DNA of 59,382 nt, from contig NIVC01000295.1 in NCBI GenBank assembly GCA_002269645.1, forward strand, positions 1-59,382, read 5' to 3'. The position numbers were made by a program, and so were the translations under genes. This document shows, in pieces, positions 51,001 through 59,382 of the stretch. The stretch comes from Macrostomum lignano. Lineage: Eukaryota. The stretch's first letter is position 1, and the number at the start of each line of letters is the position of its first letter. Below the pieces are notes generated by a model that was not told the origin of the DNA, made no database searches, and worked only from the letters and a program-made list of their open reading frames with translations.

Positions 51001-53609
51001 CTGGAGGTCTTTAGACTGCACCGGTGCCTAATGCGCGAACAGGCCGGCTCAGACACAGCACGAAAATGAACGACTCCCGTTAGGGGCCACAGCTCTGGTT
51101 GCAGTGCTCAATATGTACTGATGTTGGGTCGGCTGAAAAATAGAATTGCACTTGTGTAATTGAAAGTTCCACTCAGTGGTGATTAGGGTATTCATATTTC
51201 TAACGGTGAAATTATTCATGGTAAACTAATTTATTTGAAATGTTATTTTTACCTATACATTACCACATATTGTGAAATAAAATGCTTAGTTGATAAGATA
51301 ACAAACTTCTTACGGACGGGCGGGGTGATTGTCGTATCGCCAGGTAGTCCAGAAAATTGGCAATTTATAGTAGCGATGCATAATACGGCCAAATTCTGAT
51401 GCATATCAATCAATGTGTGAATTAATTTAAAGTCATGAGAATGGTGCGCTTGCTGAAATAATCAAGAAAACACTCTACCAACTGAATAAGTATATTAGCA
51501 ATTTTTTAAAATGAACATAATTGTTTTATAACTAACGTGCGCGACGACCACACTTTGATTGCAAACTGGGTGCAAATGCACTTTCTAATGTGGCCCATGT
51601 CACTGTGCCAAATTGAAAAATATCGATGAGCCGTTTCGTCAGTATGGAGATAAAATAAAGTCGACACTTCGCTGTTTCTGCAAGCTGCAAAAACAAACTT
51701 TAATTGAACCAGCTTAAGCAGATTTTCGATTGTTTTTAGCAATAAATTTACTTTCCTTACAAGAACTGGAAGGTCAGAAACACAGAATTGAATTTGAATC
51801 CGGATTTGACCCTGAACCGTCCGTTCGGAACACAAGAGTCACACTGCCAGTGAATGTTGTCTGTACTCCATTGTGGTCACCACCCGTTAGGTTAAACAGA
51901 GACATATTACCAATGCTTGGTACGACGCCCTGAAATACTTGCAGCATGTCATATCCTTTTTCAGTACGGAATGAGGCGAAATTTATCCAGACCGATTGTA
52001 AGTTCTTGGCCTGAATGCTCCAAGCTACTCTCAAATTGTTCGAATACTTTTGCGCTCGAAAGTCGGGATGACTGTATCGTTCTCCACTAATAGCTTTTAT
52101 CATTTCTGTGGCAGGATCTGCATTTTATATGGACATACATGTATTAGAATAGTTGCAGTAAATGACGATTTTTAGCGATTTTTCAGTGTTACTTTTGTTT
52201 ACATCACATTAAATAATTGCTATAGGGCAGATAGCTAGTTAAATGTGATTTTACCCTAACTGTAGTAGTGCAGGCTTGGGATTTGTTAGGGGTTATGATA
52301 GACAAGGGAGTTTGGGAGTTTTTTTACCAGTATAGAGCAGTTGGGCTCTAGAAAAGGAAGTCATGTAGCTCATCTCGGGACTTAGAAAAACAGAAGCAAC
52401 TGGAGCTTAGGGTCAGCTAAGATTAAGCGAGTTAAGACCAGGGAATTAGGGATTGGGAATACATAAAACTACTATCAGTAGTTTTCGCTAGTAACAGCAC
52501 ACTATGGTAGTCATTATGTTGCACTCGGGAACTAATAATGCCTTGCAACTAATTGCATATCACTTTTCTAATTATAATCTTTCGAATTATAATAACAATT
52601 ATGGATTCCTGTCTTAATTATTTAGTCTTACATAATGAGAATTAAGAACAGCAGAGAACCTGGCTGGTGGCAGCAAATACCAATTCAAGCCAGTATCCAC
52701 TAAGAACCAAAACGAGTAAAATAACAAGTAGCCTAGACCGGGCAAGCCACGGCGAAGTTTTCTTTTGTGCCGATAAGTTTATACAAATGTAGTTGACTAG
52801 ACAGGGAGGGAATGATTATCCAAATTTCGGTGGCACTTGTCAATAAAATTATACACGGATTCGATGTGAAAGTGAAAACTTCAAGGACAGATGAGTATAA
52901 TCAAATTTGAACTTTCTGAAAATACAGCACTATGAAGAGCTATATTATGTCAATATAAATATTTCCATAGATTTTCCCACAAAACAAAAAACGAATGCAT
53001 TCAGCAACTAAGACTGCGTAAAAAACTTACTGACATAATAACTGTCTCCCATAAAACTTGCACCAAACGTGGCCCTGTGCTTGTATCGAAAACTGAAACC
53101 CACGTTCCATCCCACGCCGTTGCTTTTGCATCGTAGTAGAACAGGGCCAGCGAGCCAGAACTCTGAGAGAGACGATTTTCCAGACGACAAACGGAACCTC
53201 TCTGTAGCATTACTTGGCGATTCCGATCTTTCGTACAAGTGAACTGTGCGGCAAATGCTCAAATATATAAAAAGGGTGAACTGTATCTCAACTGCATTGT
53301 TAGTGCTGAGCAGCCAACAGTGATCAACATTGACACTAGGTCCTCGGTAGTTACATTCGAGGAATTAGCCTGGACAATACCTTCTGGTTCGCTTAGAATT
53401 GTATTTATTGAGCATGAAGCTGGTTTTTCGTGTGAAAAGTAGATTAAGTAAAATAGGTAGAATATTAAATTTACGTAGAAAATTTTAAATGGTTGCACAC
53501 CTGTTTATTTCTTGTTTTATAGAGCTTGTGAGAAGAACTTACCTCCAAAACTATCAGTGCTTAGTAGTAAAACCAAAAAAATTTTCCAATCCAGTTGTAA
53601 CCGTACCAT
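48061..53609 (-). CDS. Type I membrane protein B, paralog of A (CUBx2, Cys module x2, TM); several frameshifts as assembled
   Basis: Exons: 53609-53543 (MVRLQLDWKIFLVLLLSTDSFG), 53419-53031, 52117-~51748, ~51685-?, ~51153-50970, ~50888-50720, ~50667-50505, 49820-49670, 49109-48943, ~48869-48709, 48332-~48061. CUB2: SHPDFRAQKYSNNLRVAWSI..FRTEKGYDMLQVFQG..VTLVFRTDGSG. TM: LIGLAVATVVSVLVAAFFFC. Confidence 0.68.
50160..50214. repeat. Hairpin: 23-bp stem (one G-T pair), 9-nt loop, intronic
   Basis: TCAGGGACTACTCGAACATGTTT-CGAACTCAA-AAACATGTTTGAGTAGTCCCTGA. Confidence 0.88.
50290..50313. repeat. Perfect 24-bp palindrome
   Basis: TTTACCTTGATC|GATCAAGGTAAA. Confidence 0.9.
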
Positions 53610-54596
53610 TCTTTTATGCGTGTTTGAAGAATCTATAGCGAAAAGTTCCTATGTTCTGAATAAATTTTGTTGTCTTGAAGAACCTTAAAACAAGATGCTT
53701 TAACTTAAGGCTGTGTAAATGGGTTCTATAATATATTTAGTCTCTCTATCCGTGGCCGCAAGAACAAGTCTACTTGCTGAATTTCACATGAAATTAAATA
53801 TATCAAAGCAGGAGAACAACAGGGACATGGAGTGTAGAATCGTAGAGTTAAATCTCAGAATAGATCGATTTTCTTTAACTGTAATATAGCGACGAATTTG
53901 GTTCAGGCTTGGTTATATACTGTATACCGATAGGATCGAGGCTTCATAACACTCTAGTGGTGTATCGATAGTTTCGTGGCGCAGAACCAGTTGTTGAAGA
54001 AAATGCTTTGTTGTGCGCATTTGTATCAGTGCGCGCTGATAAACTTGCACGCCTTTCGTCGCTTGATTTAAAAAAAAATTGTGACCAATTTCGAATCACA
54101 CAAGAAGTATACGAATGTGATACGCTTGTATTCGTGGACTTGCAAGGGGTGGCAACAGAGGCGTCCAAGCAGCTCAGATTGGACTAAAAGTCTAAATTTG
54201 ACCACCAAATGCAAATGGAAAAAGCCAAGATCAATTCTTGCAACGTTTTCTATCAAAAAGTCAATTTAATATTAGACTAGCTGTCTTCATTCATTCTGTC
54301 TTTCATATTTATACTAAAGGACTACATATCATTGCTAATTAAAAAGACAATAAACTAAGACGCATTTTATAGCCCGTGTTTTTGTACGCGCGACGCATGA
54401 TTAAAAAAAAAGCAAATTAACGAAAGAAGACAATTTTAATTCAATTTTTTCAATTTTTTACGCATCAAATGGCCTAAACAGAGTAAAATTGTTGAGAGCG
54501 TGAGAAAAAATACGTGACAAACCAATTGGAGAGTTTTTTCTGGCTGACATACATGTACAGTAATTATACCTAAGGACCATCCGGTACAGCAATCTG

Positions 54597-54782
54597 CCCC
54601 GGCAACGTCGACCGACGTTTCTGACATGTATCGACGTTGCTGGCGCTGGTCACTTTTATATCACACGACGTTCCTCCGACGCATAACGTCGTTTGCCGTC
54701 GATTTAATGTAAAAATACACATTTGCTAGCGACGTCCATCGACATCGACGATGCGTCGGCGAGCGTCGGAATGCTTTGCGGG
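54597..54782. mobile_element. CpG-rich MITE-like element; related segment at 16823-16886
   Basis: Termini CCCGGCAA...TTGCGGG and internal CGACGTCG motifs. 54676-54739 aligns with 16823-16886. Confidence 0.5.
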
Positions 54783-55482
54783 TGTAAGATCTCAATTTTC
54801 AGCAAAATTTTGAATTTTCAAATAAAAATCATTCACAGAGACAGAAAGTAGCGAGAAAATTTTACAAAAAATTGAAGACGCAATGAAAAAAGATAAATCT
54901 ATAGGCTCAACAAAATATTACACGCATAAAATTTGTGAGAAAAGCTTATCTGTTTGTGGACTTAACACAGCAACTTTGCTATAGTTGAGATTTACTTGCC
55001 ACGTACTAATCATTGGCAGCTTGCTTGGGCAATGCGAGTTTTTTTATTTTTATTCATACAAAATAATCAAATGGCATACACTAAATTAGATAGCGCATCC
55101 AGCGATTCCAAAAATGATTTGCAAAAAAAACTATTTAACACTCGAATGTAATTCAAGCATGCAGTTTCATAACTTTTTATGCACCAGCAATATTTTTTTG
55201 CAAATAGTGTCAAAGCTGAACTATTTGTCGTCGGAACTATAGAAGTCTTTATCAACTATCTTTGCATTTGAATTCAACATTATTTGCACCTTTATTGGCT
55301 TAAAAATGTGTAATTCATTAATTAATTCACATGTAGTACACCTACCTATAAAATATCATGAGATTTCACAGCATTGTGTCGTCATCCCTTTTAGCAGTTT
55401 TACTAAATTAATTAGTTCCGATTCTTGGACAAGTGGCAAGTTGAGTGCTTAATAATGTGCAAAACGTTAACCTTAGATTTAG

Positions 55483-58400
55483 TCAGCATGCACTCTTCCA
55501 AATCGTTGTAGCTGAAGTAGACGCTCCGCCTTCGGTTGAGTGCCTCGACGGCTGTTGTGTCAGTGGTACAGATACAGATGCTGAGGCTAAGCCAACACCG
55601 CTGCTATTCTTCTGTCGTCGACTTCCAAGAAGTCTGCGACCAGCCGCCGCGGAGACCGTTTCTGCATCTTCCTCTTCAGAACTGTCGTCCAAAGCTCTAT
55701 TAGTGAAGCTGAGTCGATGCTGCAATGGAGGTGCCTGAGCTGGGGAAATATCACGTCGGAGATGCACTCCTCGACGAGGGTGCTGCGGCTGTTGCTGCAT
55801 AGTCGAGGGAGGTGGCGGAGGCGGAGGCGGCGGTAGTGCCCTGGCGGGCTGGAAGAATATTGAATCGTCATCTTCCTCCTCAACGCAGACGTCGTATCGA
55901 CCACCATGCGAGCCAGATGCCCAATCATCTTCATCTTCTTCGGCTTCGAAATCGTCTTCCTCTTCGTCGTCCAGATCGATTAGCCGTCGGGCAGGGGGCG
56001 GAGGCGGACTAGGCACCGATGCTATTCGGCACTCCATCGGTTCGCCACCATATTTACTCGCAACCCCTCCTTGCATTCTTAAAATAGTTCTCCTCGTTGC
56101 ACTCGCCGCACTCGTTTTCGTGGATCTGGGCGTGGGTGACGCGACGGACACCTGAGCTAATAAAAGAACTAGGCGGCGATCGTTGACGACTTTGCTGATT
56201 GCGTCGTCGGTTGTGTCGTGGGCGACCAAGGCTCGGATCTGCAGAGGACTCAGGGCGGACCGGCGAGGTTGGCGACTCGGCATGCGATTGTGTGCGGACG
56301 AGCTCGATGTCCGGTGCCGATTGCGGACCATGTTGCGGGCCGATGCTCTGAGTCAGGTAGCGATATGTGACTCGCTTGGGCACGCGTGGACCCAGGTCGC
56401 TGTAGTTTCGAGTTAACGACTTCTTCTGCTGCTTGGACTGACAGTCCTGGAGGATGGAGCGAAGGCCAGCAAGGCCGGAAGATTTTTGGGTCTGTTGCGG
56501 GGTTTGAGACGGCTGCGTATCACTATCGACACTGCCACCGCCCGAGGAGCTGAGAAGAGGGCGCGCACTACTGCTGCTAATATTTCCGCGCCACCACCTC
56601 CATGGTCACCGCCTCCGTTGTCGTCGTCGCCACCTCCACCGCCGCCTTCACTTCCAGCTGCACCACCACCTTCACCGTCATCTTCTCCTTCGTCAGCGTC
56701 ATTCAGGGCGGCAACAGGGACACCTTCGATGCCGCAGAACATAGCTCGCCTGTCCTCCTTGTACATGTCAATGAGAAGCTCGAGCTTTCGTTCAATGTCT
56801 TCCACCTGGTTATCAGAAGATCAAATGTGTTAAACTATTATTTTTCAATTAACTTTGAGTGCTAATCAATCCCAAAAAGTATATTTTCAATCTACTTACG
56901 GATCTCTCTACTTTAACGATTCGTGAAGCTAGGCTGACTTTACTCTCGTAAACATCTTTGTCTTTGCTTCCCTGACGGCCCAGAATTTGGTCGAGCCTGC
57001 GCAGTAGGTCAGTGGTATCTATGTGAAATTTTATTCATTCTTACACTTACATGTACTTAGACCTGCACATTTGAAGTACGCCATGACAATATACAAGCGT
57101 ATAGAACGTGCTAACTTTTGCTACTGCTTTAAAATTAACCTAATTAAATATACGAAAAAAGTGAATACCTGAGTTGGAGCACCTTGATTCTTGCCAGCAT
57201 GTCAACATGCCCCGCCGAGTATTGTTCAATTACATCTTTAACGTCGTAAGGGCGAAGGGCTTCACGAAATTTTCGCCTAGCAACAAAGTATTTTACTTTT
57301 CGAATTACTCGAATGGCATTTTTGTGCATCTCCGTTAGTTTCATCGGCGTTTCTTCGTCTAAAAAGTGAAAGCAAAATGTTTTTAAGGCTTGATTTAAAG
57401 CACGCGCTTTGATTAATGCCAGGAATAAGGGAATTCTTTCTGCTTTGAGAATATTTGTAAATAATTTATTTACCAAAAGCAAAAGCAAGTTTAGTCTCAA
57501 AAAAGCGGAGCTAGCCTATCGGAAATTTGACTTCGTATTTAGCCATTCAATCGTTAAATTAAAAGCCGGTAAATACTGATCGCTTACCATCTTCTTTCTG
57601 AGAAATGGAGGTCAGTGATGGCTGCGGCTCTAGACCACCTCCAGGAGTGTCGGATATTGCCAAAGAGACGTGGCTTCTGCAAAAGACAAAAATGTACACT
57701 TTACTTTACGTTTTTATGTAAAATATGTTTACTTGTGTTTTGCGGAAGACACTTATGTTTTCATGAATACAATCTTTAAATAGCAAATAAAATTGACGTA
57801 TTTAAAATATGAAATTGCGTCCCATACTCGTAGTAAAGAATTGGCCAAAGCGTTAAAATAGGCCCCCATTTGTCAATTCAAAAAGGCTCTTGCTGCAGTC
57901 CAATAAGCGAAGCATAATAATTGCCTAATAGATATTTTGTTAAATATTATCGTTTTGGCATGCTGCTCTCAATTAAAAATTAATACGCTCAAAACACTAG
58001 AAATTTTGTAGCCAAGTTGCACTGCTAGTGATATATCAATTATTAATAATGCTTACGTATAATGATACTGTTAATAAACATATAAGTATTTCAAGTTGAT
58101 AGTTTTATTACTAAGGCGGATATAAAAAATCAGTGGCAGTAGTGAGTGAACACAAGTATTATATGCGTCATTAATAATTGCTGTCGCGCAAAGAGAAATA
58201 ATAAAAACAAACTATAATCTAAGCAAGGAAAAGTTTCCTGTCCCAATTTTTCTGTGATATTTTGCTTTTAGTATGGCTGTAAATATTCTTTTCGTTTTGT
58301 TTCTATCAAAGGGAGTGTTTGTTACTTATATATTTTTGAAAATCTTTGCTCGAGAATTCACCGCCATCGATCACCTAAATGAAGTTGCCAGATCGGCAAA

Positions 58401-58620
58401 CTTGCGAATCACGGATCGTTTCCGGGTTTTTTGCCAAACCGCGCCTTCGCTGCTGCTCCGCGTCTTCGTCAGTCAGCTGCATGGACTCGTCTATTGACGA
58501 AGCATCGCTGGCTGGAGCGAGGACTGCAGCTGTGGCTGCGGTGGCTTCGGCTTCGGAAGTCACTGCATCACCGACGACAAATGACGACTGACTGTCAGCG
58601 TGCGAGAAGGGAATCACGTT
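55483..58620 (-). CDS. KCNQ: KCNQ (Kv7) voltage-gated K+ channel, 3' exons only
   Basis: Exons: ~58594-58376, 57676-57588, 57358-57169, 56996-56900, 56805-55483. Helix B/C/D text: [86 protein letters not shown]. The motif [16 protein letters not shown] follows a 1-nt frameshift near 56588. Confidence 0.93.
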
Positions 58621-59382
58621 GGGTGGTTGATTTGATCTAGTAAATAATTGCAAACTAGCAAATTTGGTCTAGCTGATCTGTCTGACTCTAGCAAATAATT
58701 TTCCATATTATTTGTTACAAAAGCGTTGTTTTCGACATAATCATCGTTATATAGATAAAAATTTCTTTTTATGTGACTTTTAACACTTAGGCTCGTCGCT
58801 CAATGGTATTTTATAGTATGGAGAGTTTTAGGTATACATGTACATGTAAAACCAGGTAAGATAGATAGATAAAATTTTAATAGTATATGCTGCAACTCAA
58901 AGTTCCATTCTAACACTTTACAGAAAGCTAATAAAAAGTAAATTCTAATTTTGCTTGCGCTAAAACATTTAGAAATTTAAGTTATAAAGGATGCACAACA
59001 CTGGTGTGATATTTTTATTAATTGGCGTTGGCGCAATAAGGGGAAGCGTTAGTAGCGAGAACCATGTCATCTTTAAAATTTTGTTTCATCAAAACCAAAA
59101 AAAGATAAATAAATCATCACAGTAATAAGAATCTTTTTTAAATAGTTTCATAGTTCTACCAGCTGTTCAGTTTTGGTAATGAGAAACTGGATAATATTAT
59201 AAAATTGCACCGAACAAAAAATTGTTAGTAAAGATCAACAAACAGAAGCTAAAAGATGAGGACAGTGTACTGTATTACTAATTGTGGTAACTCACTCTAT
59301 ACCAATGGAACTCTACGGAAAAATGTTATTTAGCATAGCTAACATTTTTAAAAGCTTAAGCTTTACGCAAAATTTTTGGTAT

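Noticed and set aside
55445-56865. Plus-strand ORFs (55445-55738, 56183-56865) and minus ORF 55587-55934
   Set aside because: Antisense or alternative-frame shadows of the GC-rich KCNQ last exon.

Overview
Eukaryotic (animal) genomic DNA with spliced genes and abundant simple repeats. The Gln-rich proteins, GATA/GACA arrays, short introns and the style of the RTE LINE suggest a free-living flatworm such as Macrostomum; this is inference, not proof. In order, the window holds: (1) the decayed 5' end of a Ty3/gypsy element (minus strand); (2) a 4-exon MRTF/myocardin-family gene (RPELx3, B1, SAP) with a different tandem repeat in each intron; (3) three tandem paralogs of a secreted F-type lectin (FTP/F5-8C)x2 + WSC protein, the second carrying a full-length decayed gypsy element in its last intron; (4) between lectin copies 1 and 2, a 2.9-kb element with ~155-bp terminal inverted repeats (Ginger-like) and a 5'-truncated RTE LINE with an 11-bp TSD that may interrupt a small secreted-peptide gene; (5) two tandem minus-strand type I membrane receptor paralogs (CUBx2 plus a repeated, unrecognised Cys-containing module); (6) the 3' exons of a KCNQ/Kv7 channel gene (minus strand). 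Several coding exons carry small frameshifts, most of which are repaired by lengthening a short homopolymer. This points to assembly consensus error or decay. All exon models were built by hand from GT-AG sites, phase matching and paralog comparison; no database search was possible. No CRISPR, rRNA or convincing tRNA gene was seen.
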